64,000 nucleotides of DNA. It comes from an uncultured delta proteobacterium. Lineage in GTDB: Bacteria > Desulfobacterota > Desulfobacteria > Desulfobacterales > Desulfosalsimonadaceae. Both the position numbers and the translations under genes were made by a program. The number at the start of each line of letters is the position of its first letter. Positions within the stretch are counted from its first letter, which is position 1. This document shows positions 1 through 13,608 of this stretch, piece after piece. The stretch is taken from positions 96,001 to 160,000 of the forward strand of contig CAWGYD010000010.1 in the NCBI GenBank assembly GCA_963826785.1. The letters are read 5' to 3'. The notes under the pieces were generated by a model. That model saw nothing but the letters and a program-made list of their open reading frames with translations, did no database searches and had not been told where the DNA came from.

Positions 1-95
1 GAACGGTATTTTTCCAGGGCTTCATCGAGCAATCCCTGCATACGATAAATTTCGGCTTCCTTGAAGTAGATCTTGATTTTTTCTCCAGGATTCAT
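1..95 (-). CDS. N-terminus of a probable TPR-like helical protein (runs off the window edge)
   Basis: Manual translation from ATG at 95: MNPGEKIKIYFKEAEIYRMQGLLDEALEKYR, a TPR-like helix pattern. An in-frame upstream ATG exists at 134. Too short for the ORF track. Confidence 0.55.
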   Translation of the reverse strand, partial: MNPGEKIKIYFKEAEIYRMQGLLDEALEKYR

Positions 96-566
96 CTTCT
101 GATCCGACACCGTTAATCCGTGGTTGAGCGGCATACGTTATCTTTTTCGATATCATCCGATGAGCTTAACCGCAAGAACCTGATCATTAAGTATCTATAA
201 TTATTTTTTAAATATTATGGTAGTCAAGAGAGAAGCCGCAGATTGAATAACAACCGGGCTTCGCTTACGGGAAATTCCTAATAGAGACTAACCGTTAATC
301 GGCTTTATCTCAAGAAAATTTTTATGCAAATGCCGCTCAGGCATGAAGTGGCACATCATTTGTTCGATTACGGTCAAATTCGGCCCAGTTCCCGCCTTGA
401 GGCCAGGCCCGGTTTTTCGATATTGCATGGTTTTCGGGTAGACATAAAAATAGTTGGATGACATGGCCGCCCGGTTGAGCTCAGGTCTTCGGTGATGGTG
501 CGGTTTTTGAATGCGCTCATATCCACGATGCGGTTCCGGTTGACATCCGCCGGACTGCTGTTCTAG

Positions 567-1580
<1,014 letters not shown>

Positions 1581-1592
1581 GAAAAGGCAAGC

Positions 1593-1985
1593 TTACTTCT
1601 CTTCGGCCAGGGCGTTTTTCAGGGACTCGGCGGCCTTGCGGGTCATTTTGGGAAGGCTTGCCAACTCTTCCACCGTGGCTTCCCGGATTCCGTTCATGCC
1701 CGAATAGGCTTTGAGCAGTGCAGCCTTGCGTTTCGGGCCGATGCCGGAAATGGAGTCCAGCCGGGACTGCAGGGTGGATTTGGATTTTTTGCGCCGGTAA
1801 AAGCTGACGGCATACCGGTGCGCCTCGTCCCGGACCCGCTGCAAAAACAGCAGAAGGTCGCCTTCCCGGGTGAAATTGACCGGGTTCATCCTCCCCGGCT
1901 GATAGATTTTATCTTCTGTTTCTCCCCTTTTTTCATCCTTTTTGGCAATGCCGATAATTTCCGGCGGATCGGGCAGCTCCAGAGT
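1593..1985 (-). CDS. uvrC: Excinuclease ABC subunit C, C-terminal part (RNase H end plus HhH)
   Basis: The shifted frame reads [34 protein letters not shown]...LQRVRDEAHRYA...ISGIGPKRK, continuous with ORF 1593..1889. Confidence 0.9.
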   Translation of the reverse strand, partial: TLELPDPPEIIGIAKKDEKRGETEDKIYQPGRMNPVNFTREGDLLLFLQRVRDEAHRYAVSFYRRKKSKSTLQSRLDSISGIGPKRKAALLKAYSGMNGIREATVEELASLPKMTRKAAESLKNALAEEK

Positions 1986-3422
1986 CTTTCAAGACCGAAA
2001 CGGCGATATTGAGCTGCCCCTTCCCGCCGTCCACCATGAGCAGGTCCGGCATATTCACTTCTGCGCCGTTTTTCCGGAACCGTCGCTCCAGGACTTCCCG
2101 CATGCTGGCATAATCATCGGACATATCGACGGTGCGGATGGTATATTTCCGGTATGCGGCCTTGTTGGGCTTTGCATCTTCGAACACCACCATTCCGGCC
2201 ACGATCTGCCGGCCGGCCATGCCGGATATATCGAAACACTCGATCCGCCGGGGATATCGGCTGATCTTGAGCCGCCGCTGCAGCCGGGAGAGCAGATCCT
2301 TCTGCGCCGTTTCCGCCTCGATTTCCAATTTCAGCCGGATTCCGGCGTTTTCAGCGGCCAGTGCCGCCAGGCGGACCCGGTCTCCCCGCTGGGGATGAAT
2401 GATCCGCACGGCAGATCCGCGCAGTTCCGACAGCCACTGCCCATAGACGCTCACATCCGAAACGGCGCAAGGGAGCAGGATTTCCTTCGGGACGTTATCG
2501 GCAAGATCGTAATACTTTTTGATAAACGCGCCGATGATCTCTTCATCAGCGGAAAGGTCGTCGCGCACGAAAAAATGCCGCACGCCCTGGATCACCCCTT
2601 CCCTCACCACCATCAGCACCATCACGGCATATGCCCCGCTGCGGGCGATTCCCACTACGTCCCGGTCCACGAAATCCGTAACCACGGCCACCTGTCGTTC
2701 CAGGGTCTGCTCCAGGGCGAAAATCCGATCCCGGAGGGTGGCGGCACTTTCATAGGCCTGACAGGATGCGGCATCTTTCATCTCCTGCTGCAGCTTGCGG
2801 ATCAACTCCCGTGTGCGCCCGTTTAAGAACATCCGAACTTCATTGACGATGTCGCCATATACCCCCGGTGCGACCGGACGGCAGCAGGGCGCCAGGCAGA
2901 GTCCCATCTGGTAATTGAGGCAGGGCCGGGATCGCTTTTTCACCTGGGCTGAGGTGCATTTGCGCAGTTTGAATGTTTTATTGATCAGCTTCAGGGTTTT
3001 GCGGACCGCACCCGCCGAGGCATACGGACCGAAATAGACCGCCCCGTCATTTTTGAGCTTCCGCACCACACGGAGGCAGGGAAAATCCTCTTTCACATCC
3101 AGGCGCAGGGACGGGTACCGTTTGTCATCCTTGAGGATCACATTATAGCGGGGCCGGTGATGCTTGATCAGGTTGGATTCCAGGATCAGGGCCTCTTTTT
3201 CGGAGCCCGTGACGATGGTTTCAAAAGTGACGATTTTCTTGACCAGCACCCCCGTTTTCGGGTCGGTCTGGGGACGGCTGTGGAAATAGGAGCCCAGCCG
3301 GTTTCTCAAATTGGCGGCCTTGCCCACATAGATCACGGTTTTTCCGGCATCGTACATCAGGTACACGCCGGGGCCGGTGGAAACCGATGCCAGGGCTTCA
3401 CTCAGATTCGGTTTGATCGGCT

Positions 3423-3426
<4 letters not shown>
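1933..3426 (-). CDS. uvrC: Excinuclease ABC subunit C, N-terminal part (frameshifted near 1985-1990)
   Basis: GIY-YIG (GVYLM..YVGKA..LRNRL), Cys cluster, UVR domain, [15 protein letters not shown]. The frame is lost after AVSVLK. Confidence 0.93.
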
Positions 3427-5432
<2,006 letters not shown>

Positions 5433-5739
5433 GGGTTAATCTTTGATTTTGATTTTGATTCTGATAGTTGATGAATCGTTACAAACGGCTTTTGTCCGCA
5501 AAGTCGCCAAGGTCGCCAGAGAAAAAAATGTTTTGAATGTCTGTCTTTCGGGGGGCTTTGCATCCTGGCGAGAGATTCAGGCCTTTACCGAGCCATCCGC
5601 AATTAACTTCAATTGAGAATAATTTTAAGCATCTGAACGGCAAATACAATGGTGTATGGCCAGCTGCCGGCGGGGATACAAATAAAATGGAAGCGGGCGC
5701 AAAATTTTCTGCACCCGGTGCAAGACAAACGGGGAGGCT

Positions 5740-7170
5740 TTATTCCACCAGTTTCCACACCGTGCCGTCCGGCCGGTCCTCCAGCACCACGTTCATGGCC
5801 AGAAGTTCATCCCGGATCCGGTCTGCGGTATTGAAGTCCCTTGACCTGCGCGCAGCTTCCCGTTGTTTGATCAGATCTTCGATAAGTCGGGTATCCACTG
5901 CATGCTTTTCAGCCCGGCGGTTTTTCTGGTGCGCAAAATAATCATTGGGCGCCTGGGACAAAATGCCCAGGATCTCCCCCATTTTCATGACATCGGCGCA
6001 AACCGCTTCGGCTGACAAATCTTCCGAAGAGAGGTTTTCGTCAAGCATCCGGTTGGCGCTTCGGACCGCTTCAAACAGCACGCCGATCCCCTGGGCGGTA
6101 TTGAAATCATCATCCATGGCCCGGCAGAAGAGCGGCCAGTAATCACTGCTGCCTTTTGCTGACGCCTTGGGTAGGCGCTCCAGCCGGGATTGGATACGTT
6201 CCAGAGTTGCATACATCTTATCCAGGCCGCCGGCGGCTTCCTTCATGGACTGGTCGGTGAAGTCAAGGGGAGAGCGGTAATGGCTTGAGAGCAGAAACAA
6301 ACGCAGGACCTCGGGGTGCCATGTGTCGAGAATACCCCGGATGGTCAAGAAATTACCCAGCGATTTGGACATCTTCTCCTGGTTGATGTTGACAAACCCG
6401 TTATGTATCCAGTACCGGACAGATATTTTTCCGAATGCCGCCTCGGACTGGGCGATCTCGTTCTCATGATGGGGAAAGATCAGGTCCTTTCCGCCGCCGT
6501 GGATATCGAAGCTTTCCCCCAGGTAATCGGCGCTCATGGCGGAGCATTCGATGTGCCAGCCGGGACGGCCGGCCCCCCAGGGGCTTTCCCACGCGGGCTC
6601 ACCGGGTTTGGAGGATTTCCACAATACAAAATCGAAGGGATTTCGCTTGCGCACATCCACTTCTACGCGCGCGCCGGCCATCATGTCCTCGAGTTTCCGT
6701 CCCGAGAGCTTGCCATATCCATCGAATTGGTCCACGGAAAAAAACACGTCTCCGGCAGCCGGATACGCCACCCCCTTCTCCACCAGCCGGGCGATCACCC
6801 GGATCATGTCCCCCATGTGGTCGGTGGCCCGGGGCTCCACCGTGGGCCGCAGAACCTGCAGTGCGTCCATGTCTTCGTGGAATTCAGCGATATATTTTTC
6901 TGCCAGGTCGGTCGTGGTGATTCCCAGTTCATTGGCCCGATGGATGATCTTGTCATCGATATCCGTGAAGTTGCGGACATAGGTGACTTCAAATTGACTG
7001 GCGGTCAGGTATCGATAGATCACGTCGAATACCACCACGGAACGGGCATGGCCGATATGGCAGGAATCATATACCGTTGGGCCGCATACGTACATTTTCA
7101 CCTGACCGGGCACTGCCGGCACAAATGCCTGCTTTTCCCTCGCCAGGGTATTGTAAATCATCAAAGTCAT
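5740..7170 (-). CDS. cysS: Cysteinyl-tRNA synthetase
   Basis: CGPTVY, HIGH, GRPGWHIECSAM, KMSKS. Confidence 0.97.
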   Translation of the reverse strand: MTLMIYNTLAREKQAFVPAVPGQVKMYVCGPTVYDSCHIGHARSVVVFDVIYRYLTASQFEVTYVRNFTDIDDKIIHRANELGITTTDLAEKYIAEFHEDMDALQVLRPTVEPRATDHMGDMIRVIARLVEKGVAYPAAGDVFFSVDQFDGYGKLSGRKLEDMMAGARVEVDVRKRNPFDFVLWKSSKPGEPAWESPWGAGRPGWHIECSAMSADYLGESFDIHGGGKDLIFPHHENEIAQSEAAFGKISVRYWIHNGFVNINQEKMSKSLGNFLTIRGILDTWHPEVLRLFLLSSHYRSPLDFTDQSMKEAAGGLDKMYATLERIQSRLERLPKASAKGSSDYWPLFCRAMDDDFNTAQGIGVLFEAVRSANRMLDENLSSEDLSAEAVCADVMKMGEILGILSQAPNDYFAHQKNRRAEKHAVDTRLIEDLIKQREAARRSRDFNTADRIRDELLAMNVVLEDRPDGTVWKLVE

Positions 7171-7258
7171 CAGCGTTTCAATTCATTCTGGAACACATTT
7201 TAATCAGATAAAAACCGGCGATTTGACAAACGGGCACAAGATAACAATGAATGGCCGG

Positions 7259-7729
7259 TTAATCAAGAAGTACCACGCACATGGCGGCAATTCCCTCCCC
7301 CCGGCCCACAAATCCCAGACCCTCTGAAGTGGTGGCTTTGATGCTGATCCGGTCCACAGGAAGCGTCAGGGTCCGCGAAATCATCTGGCGCATCCGGTCC
7401 GTATGGGGGGCCAGTTTGGGGCTTTCGGCAAAAACCGTGCAATCGATGTTGCAGATGGCGGGATACCGGCCCGACACCAGTTCCCAGGTCCGCTTCAGCA
7501 GGTCGATGCTGTAAATGTTTTTGTACGCGGGGTCGCCCGGCGGAAAATGGATACCGATGTCCCCCATGGCCGCGGCGCCCAGCAGGGCATCGCAAATCGC
7601 ATGGACCAGAACGTCGGCATCCGAATGGCCATCAAGCCCCTTTTCGTGAGGGATTTCGATGCCGCCGAGGACCAGCGGACGTCCTTTAACCAGCCGATGA
7701 ATGTCATTTCCGATACCGATTCGCATCAT
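7259..7729 (-). CDS. ispF: 2-C-methyl-D-erythritol 2,4-cyclodiphosphate synthase
   Basis: RIGIGNDIH, GHSDADV..HA..DALLGA, KATTSEGLGF. Confidence 0.95.
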   Translation of the reverse strand: MMRIGIGNDIHRLVKGRPLVLGGIEIPHEKGLDGHSDADVLVHAICDALLGAAAMGDIGIHFPPGDPAYKNIYSIDLLKRTWELVSGRYPAICNIDCTVFAESPKLAPHTDRMRQMISRTLTLPVDRISIKATTSEGLGFVGRGEGIAAMCVVLLD

Positions 7730-7762
7730 TTTCCTGCGGCATTAAGACGAAAGCGATATTGA

Positions 7763-8104
7763 TTACAAAAGATAAAATCGCTGGTCATTTTCAGGGACCT
7801 GCCTGACCTGGCGCTTTTTCTTCAGATTGGCGATATACTCGATGATGACGGCAATACCGTGGGGACAGGGCTGATCGATCTGGTTGCAGCTGCACCGGCA
7901 GCTCAGATCATTCCCGCTGATCTCCACGTACGTGGCATACATCTCCTCTCCGGACACCCAGGCCAGGATACCTGCGTTTTCGGTGACGGACAGGTCCCTG
8001 ACGCTTCCGGCCTGCTGTTGTCGGCGGCCGGTGATCACGTTTTGCTTGCCCGCCCACCCGATCAGATCCCCCCAGGTCAATGAAGTAAAATCCGGCTGCA
8101 GCAA
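7763..8104 (-). CDS. Short SWIM zinc-finger protein
   Basis: CxCx6CxH motif (CSCNQIDQPCPH) preceded by the VxGxxxY strand typical of SWIM proteins. Start is uncertain (TTG). Confidence 0.7.
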   Translation of the reverse strand: MLQPDFTSLTWGDLIGWAGKQNVITGRRQQQAGSVRDLSVTENAGILAWVSGEEMYATYVEISGNDLSCRCSCNQIDQPCPHGIAVIIEYIANLKKKRQVRQVPENDQRFYLL

Positions 8105-8175
8105 AACTTTTCCCCCAATGGTGGCTTGAACATAATTTATGGCTGAACGAAAACTTTCTTGCCCTGTATCCGGGT

Positions 8176-9876
8176 TTAAAACTGGTAAAAGAATCCGATC
8201 CTGAATGTCCAGCCGCCCACATCCGTGTCATTGCCGCCGAAACGGTCGATACTGGAATAAACGGCTTCTGTCAGAAACCCGGTGCCCCCGAATGCTTCTT
8301 CCGCATTGTAAAACATAAATCCGGCCTTTCCGTGATATCCGCCGATCCACTCGCTTACATCGCCATTTGCTCCCGTTGCGGCATCGCTTTCTTCATTGAC
8401 ATACCAGTAGTCCGGCCCCAGCCCCAGGTATCCGACGATAAAGGGCATGAGCCGCTGATTGAATTTCAGGGAGGCGGACACCGGCACAAGCGTGATATCG
8501 GAATCAATTTGCGTGGAGGAGCCGCTTGCGGTGAGAAGATTGCCGTTTTCCTTCAAAAAGCCCCCTTCCAGATCAATTGAAAAATGCCGGGACAGCCATC
8601 GCTGATAAAACGCATAGACCGGGTACAGATCATTGTCATAGTAGTCGGTGAAATCGGATTCATTGGGGATCATATACCCCCCGGTGATTCCGATGATATT
8701 CTTTCTTGAAAATAATTCGTCATCCGCTGCATTTGCCCTGGAACTTAAAAGCACCGCTCCAAAAAGAATACAAAAGAGAATCAATACGCGGCGGGATTTG
8801 GTGACCTTTGCGGAAAAAACCAGCAGCACCGGTAAAAACAGCAGAAAGCATAGCGGAAGCGTAAAGCCATTTTCCGATGCTTCCGCAGATGCATCGATGA
8901 AGCAGCCGCCTTCTGTTTTGTTGGGATCCAGAAACGGTTTGAGTTCTTCCATTTTGACGGAGACTTCCGGGGTTCGGTTTCCCACATTGCCGCTCTGATC
9001 ATAGGCGGCGGCGGAAAAGTACCAGGTATCGCTCGAGTTCAGATTGTCAAAATCATATGAAAGTGCCGGTCCGATATCCACCGACTGGTCAAGCGTATTT
9101 TCCGCGCTGCCGTAGTAGATGATATGCCCGGCCAGGTCGGCCATGCGGGTATTTCCGTCGCTGACCTGTACGGTGATTGCGCGGCTGCCGGAGAGCTCGC
9201 CCGAAATATTTTGAGGTGCAAACGGCGGCCGGCTGTCGGGAAGGGTATCGACAATCAGCTCATTGGAATTTTTGGATTCGTTGTCGGACGTATCGACCGC
9301 GGACACCGCGATGAAATAGCGGGATGCGCTGTCCAGCCCGGTTAGCGGAAAGGCTTTGATTTGATTTCGATTTGCCACCGCAACGGTGTCATAAACTCCG
9401 GAGGCGGTCCCGTAGGAAACATTGTAATGATCCAGATCGGATTCCGTGTTGTCATCCCATTGGATCACCGCCGAGTCCCCTGTGATATCGTTGATATCGG
9501 TGAGTTGAAGGCCTCCGGGGACGGCCGGGGCGGTGTTGTCGGTGGCCGTGATGATGGACAGGGTATCCGAAAGAACGGTTTCGTCCATATTATTAAATGC
9601 AGATACCGCGACAAAGTACTGGGTCCCCGGCATCAGCCCGGTGATGGTGTAGGTCTCTACCAGGTTGTCGACCTGCGCCCGCTGGTTCAGGTCTCCGGAG
9701 GTGTTTCCCCAGTAGATATAGAAGCCGTCCGCATCGCTGTCGCCGTTCCAATCCACGATCACCGTGGTATCGGTCTGGGTCAGCAAGATATCTCTGGGGA
9801 CATCCAGCACGGCGGATGCCGTTTGCGGAAATGTCATCATCAGGGTCAGCAATAAAAGCAAGTGTTGCCATTTCAT
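8176..9876 (-). CDS. Secreted fibronectin type III repeat protein with internal GGCFI/TM sorting segment and C-terminal outer-membrane beta-barrel-like domain
   Basis: Signal peptide (TASA), three Fn3 repeats (YFVAVSA, YFIAVSAVD, WYFSAAAYD), GGCFI + hydrophobic helix + basic residues, a second hydrophobic stretch ending ANA, then alternating beta strands ending GWTFRIGFFYQF. Confidence 0.75.
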   Translation of the reverse strand: MKWQHLLLLLTLMMTFPQTASAVLDVPRDILLTQTDTTVIVDWNGDSDADGFYIYWGNTSGDLNQRAQVDNLVETYTITGLMPGTQYFVAVSAFNNMDETVLSDTLSIITATDNTAPAVPGGLQLTDINDITGDSAVIQWDDNTESDLDHYNVSYGTASGVYDTVAVANRNQIKAFPLTGLDSASRYFIAVSAVDTSDNESKNSNELIVDTLPDSRPPFAPQNISGELSGSRAITVQVSDGNTRMADLAGHIIYYGSAENTLDQSVDIGPALSYDFDNLNSSDTWYFSAAAYDQSGNVGNRTPEVSVKMEELKPFLDPNKTEGGCFIDASAEASENGFTLPLCFLLFLPVLLVFSAKVTKSRRVLILFCILFGAVLLSSRANAADDELFSRKNIIGITGGYMIPNESDFTDYYDNDLYPVYAFYQRWLSRHFSIDLEGGFLKENGNLLTASGSSTQIDSDITLVPVSASLKFNQRLMPFIVGYLGLGPDYWYVNEESDAATGANGDVSEWIGGYHGKAGFMFYNAEEAFGGTGFLTEAVYSSIDRFGGNDTDVGGWTFRIGFFYQF

Positions 9877-9924
9877 GGGTCGGACTCCGGTTATTGGGGT
9901 GGAAAATACAGGGTCAGAAAAGAT

Positions 9925-10704
9925 TCAATCGATTACATTCAATACGGCCGCCGGATGATCGGTCATGATCACATTCACTCCCAGGTCGGCGGCTTGCTTC
10001 ACCTCCCGGGGCGTGTTGCACGAATACGTCATGGTCTTTAAGTTGCGCCGTTGAAATTTTGTCATTACCCCGGGTGTCAACAAATGAAATTCCAGACAGC
10101 AGCCGGACAGCCGCGCCCGGGTCTCATTGAAGGCCGCCTCGCAGTTTTCCATGTTTTCCAGATTCAACACATACGAAATTTCCGGATTTTCGCTGAAAGC
10201 CGCATTCAGAATATGGGGATCGAAGGACAGGATAAAAATATTGGGTTTCTGTCTTTGGGAAACCAGCGCCCGAATCCGGCCGGCCGCAACCATGGCCAGC
10301 TCAGCATCCGATTGGCGATCCGTCGGCTCCGAATTTTTGATCTCGATAAAAAGCCGGGTGCGGGAACCGTAATCCGACAAGACCATGTCCAGGGTCATGA
10401 CCCTTTCACCGGAAAACCGGTGCGAGAACCATCCGCCCCAGTCCAATCCTTTCAGTTCCTCATATGACAATTCTGATATGGGGCGATTGCTGCCGCCGAT
10501 TTTTTCCAGCGTTGCGTCATGGCAGATAACGGGAACCCGGTCTGTGGTAAAACGAACATCCAATTCGATGCCGTCAGCACCGCAATCCAGCGCCCGTTCA
10601 AAAGCGGCGCGGGTGTTTTCAGGGGCCTCTGCCATTGCGCCCCTGTGGGCCACAATCCAGGGCGAAGCGGATTTATTATTATTTGCGGATTCCATTTTTT
10701 CCAT
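9925..10704 (-). CDS. Glycerophosphodiester phosphodiesterase family protein
   Basis: VAHRGA...PENT..AF, IELDV, HD, IEIK, TD motifs. Confidence 0.9.
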   Translation of the reverse strand: MEKMESANNNKSASPWIVAHRGAMAEAPENTRAAFERALDCGADGIELDVRFTTDRVPVICHDATLEKIGGSNRPISELSYEELKGLDWGGWFSHRFSGERVMTLDMVLSDYGSRTRLFIEIKNSEPTDRQSDAELAMVAAGRIRALVSQRQKPNIFILSFDPHILNAAFSENPEISYVLNLENMENCEAAFNETRARLSGCCLEFHLLTPGVMTKFQRRNLKTMTYSCNTPREVKQAADLGVNVIMTDHPAAVLNVID

Positions 10705-10838
10705 AATCTGGACGGGCGGCGGCGGGCATATCATCAGATGCTGATCATGCAGCCTTCAGATAATTTACCCCATTCTTTTTCAGACTACAAGGGAGAAGCG
10801 GATTGCACGAAAGATTTGTGGAAGAAGGGGTCTTGACG

Positions 10839-13604
10839 TTATTCTTTCAAAATGATGCCGGAAGGGAGCGATTCGCCGAAAAGGGCGTTTTCCTCCTGCC
10901 TGGCCAGGGGAACCACCTCTTGAAGGCATCGGGTCTCTTTAGCGAGATTATGGCGGTTCATCCAGCCAAGAACGCGCTCGATGGTTTCCGGTTCCATATC
11001 CCGAACCCGATCACCGGTCTTGCGCGACATCTGCAACAGCGCCTGTCCAACCGGTCCGGGATTGTTCCACTCGATGGAAAGGATCCCCTCGATCCAGCGG
11101 GAGACCTCTTCCTGCGGAATCACACGGTCCACCGGCCCGTACAGCAGTTCCCTCGCCCCGATCCGGGAAAGGGCCCAGAACTGCTGGGGCCGGGCTTTCC
11201 GGGGGTGCAATGCGGAGACCAGGGCACGGCCGAATTCGATCTTGTCTTTAACGGTCAGTCTCTCCATGTTGGCCACCGCCATCCAGATTTCGATCTCTTC
11301 CTGGGCTTGAAGACGGACTTTTCCTTTTTTGGGAATCAGCAGGGGACGGATATCCTGGATGATCTGCCGCTGCTGTCCGGCCGTGAGCCCGCCGGCCACC
11401 CGCCGCCACAGGATCCACCATTCGCTGTTGACCTGCAGGTTCTTTTTGAATATCATCCCCTGGCGGTAGATCTTCCACAACGAGGAGACGCGCTGTTCAT
11501 CCATGCCGTCCCCGAAGCCGGGACGCAGGCAGAACCCGGTGAGATTGAACCAGCGGATTTCATGCACCGCCGAAAAGCGCCTGGCCGGCAGCCGGGCCAG
11601 CAGTTCATCCGCCATCTGGCGGATAAACGAAAGCGGCCATTTTTCCCGGGGCCGGGATACGGCTTTGGAAAGATTTTTGGTCAGCCGGGTCAATTCACTT
11701 GAATCTGCGTTTTCGGAAAAAGCAGAATCGAGAATTGCACTTGCATCCGCTGCCACTGCCGACTCGAATATTTCCGTATCGGCGATGTCGATTCCCCCGT
11801 TTTGGGTCCGCAGCTGAAACTGGAGTCGCCATCGGTGTGGACTGGAAAGGGAGGCGCACCACAGGGCCAGTACGCCCATTTCCGTAAATTCAGCTTCGAT
11901 CCGGACGGGGATGGTGGTTTTCACCCCTTTCTGACCGAACTGGATCACGGTCTGAAGGGGCGGCAGTGGGGTCAGGGTGTCATCCACTGCAATCAGGTCT
12001 CCGGCACGGTCTCCCGAACGATAACTGGAACTGTACAAATCGAAGCTGACCGGCTGATTGGTCAATACCTCGAACTGCTTATCGGGGAGCTCAATCCGGG
12101 TCCCCTCATCCAGTCCCCGTTCGATGATGCAGATGGCCGATGGATCTGTATCCGCGGAACCGTTTTTCCGGCCAAATCCGAGATAATAGGATCTGGCGCT
12201 GCCGCTGCCCACCCGCACGCCTTTTCCGGATTTGACCAGTCCGTAATAGGAAGCGCCCAGCGCAACCGCAAGATCAGGGGCGGGGTTTGCAAGCACCCGG
12301 GGCTTTTTCGTATCGGTTTCCGAAAACCAGTGGCGGATGGCGAAAATGATCCGGTCCTGTACGATTCCGGATTTGAGTGAACCGCCGTTGAAAAGGATGA
12401 GATCGGGAAAGGGGCGCTTGCCCAACAGGTCATGGACGTCCTGCCGGTGCTTTTCCAAAAACTCGCCGATGTGCCGGGTGATGGCCGGTTCCGGCTCATA
12501 GGGGAGACCGAATTCGGATATTCCCTTGCGCACTGGTTTGCCGTTTCTCTCCTCCGGGGCTTTCAAGGGGAAAAACCCTTCTATGACGATCTGCTCCAGG
12601 TCGGGGCGCTCCAGGCGGGCCGACAGGGTGCCGGAAATCAGGGAGCTCCCCTCCCCCATCATGGTGATGGTCTCGGCATCGGTCCGTCCGTCCAGGATAT
12701 TTTCCTTGGCCTGGCGGCATAGGTGGCACAGCGTCTTCCACCGGTCGGTGCTCAATTTGGCCTGGCCGGAAAATTTCTGCTCCACATGCCGGGCCAGTGC
12801 CAGGTCGATATTGTCTCCGCCAAGGATGAGGTGGTCGCCCACCGCAATGCGCTCGAACCGTGGGGATCCTTCGGTTTCCCGCAGCGTGATGAGCGTAAAG
12901 TCCGTGGTGCCGCCCCCCACGTCACAGACCAGCACCAGTTCACCCGGATTGATGAACCGCCGCCATTTGTCCTCGTGGCCGATCAGCCAGCTGTAAAATG
13001 CAGCCAGGGGTTCCTCCAGCAGCGTGATCTGCTTCAGGCCCGCCATGTTGGCCGCTTCCACGGTCAGGTCCCGGGCCACCTCGTCAAATGAGGCCGGGAC
13101 CGTGATGATGATCAGCTGGTGCTCCAGGTAAAGCTCTTCTTCCTCCCCCCGGGTGCTGTTCCACGCCTGCCGGATGTGGTTCAGGTACGCGGCGGTGGCC
13201 TCCACCGGAGAAATCTTGTCCACCTCCGGGCCCGCCCCCCAGGGCAGAATCTTCGCCCGCCGGTCCGCATGGGTGTGGCACAGCCAGCTTTTAGCGGAGG
13301 ACACCAGCCGGGCCGGAATTTTGGCACCATGGTCCCGGGCCAGCACGCCCACGAATTTCTTGTCCCGCGAAATCCAGGGAAGTTGAATGGCTTCGTCTGA
13401 AATATCATACTTGCCGGGAACGTAGCAGAACGACGGGAGCACCGGCATGGCGGAAACTTCTCCGAGACCGGTGAGCTGGGGGACCTTGAAGAGTTTGATG
13501 CCTTTATTTGTGGCAGGCGCCTGGGAAAGATCGACATACGAAACTGCCGAATTGGTGGTTCCCAGATCAATTCCGACGATAAACCGCTTGTTTTCGATGG
13601 CCAA
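10839..13604 (-). CDS. Large Hsp70-family protein with C-terminal helical extension (DUF3731-like)
   Basis: GIDLGTTNS, TVPASF, EEPLAA, DVGGGTTD, Trp-rich C-terminal region ending FGESLPSGIIL. Likely TTG start at 13604, just after the upstream stop. Confidence 0.88.
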   Translation of the reverse strand: MAIENKRFIVGIDLGTTNSAVSYVDLSQAPATNKGIKLFKVPQLTGLGEVSAMPVLPSFCYVPGKYDISDEAIQLPWISRDKKFVGVLARDHGAKIPARLVSSAKSWLCHTHADRRAKILPWGAGPEVDKISPVEATAAYLNHIRQAWNSTRGEEEELYLEHQLIIITVPASFDEVARDLTVEAANMAGLKQITLLEEPLAAFYSWLIGHEDKWRRFINPGELVLVCDVGGGTTDFTLITLRETEGSPRFERIAVGDHLILGGDNIDLALARHVEQKFSGQAKLSTDRWKTLCHLCRQAKENILDGRTDAETITMMGEGSSLISGTLSARLERPDLEQIVIEGFFPLKAPEERNGKPVRKGISEFGLPYEPEPAITRHIGEFLEKHRQDVHDLLGKRPFPDLILFNGGSLKSGIVQDRIIFAIRHWFSETDTKKPRVLANPAPDLAVALGASYYGLVKSGKGVRVGSGSARSYYLGFGRKNGSADTDPSAICIIERGLDEGTRIELPDKQFEVLTNQPVSFDLYSSSYRSGDRAGDLIAVDDTLTPLPPLQTVIQFGQKGVKTTIPVRIEAEFTEMGVLALWCASLSSPHRWRLQFQLRTQNGGIDIADTEIFESAVAADASAILDSAFSENADSSELTRLTKNLSKAVSRPREKWPLSFIRQMADELLARLPARRFSAVHEIRWFNLTGFCLRPGFGDGMDEQRVSSLWKIYRQGMIFKKNLQVNSEWWILWRRVAGGLTAGQQRQIIQDIRPLLIPKKGKVRLQAQEEIEIWMAVANMERLTVKDKIEFGRALVSALHPRKARPQQFWALSRIGARELLYGPVDRVIPQEEVSRWIEGILSIEWNNPGPVGQALLQMSRKTGDRVRDMEPETIERVLGWMNRHNLAKETRCLQEVVPLARQEENALFGESLPSGIILKE

Positions 13605-13608
13605 TACC

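Noticed and set aside
349..363. sigma54-like site TGGCACATCATTTGT upstream of mdh
   Set aside because: Correct spacing but GT instead of GC at -12, and it lies about 280 bp from the start. Insufficient support.
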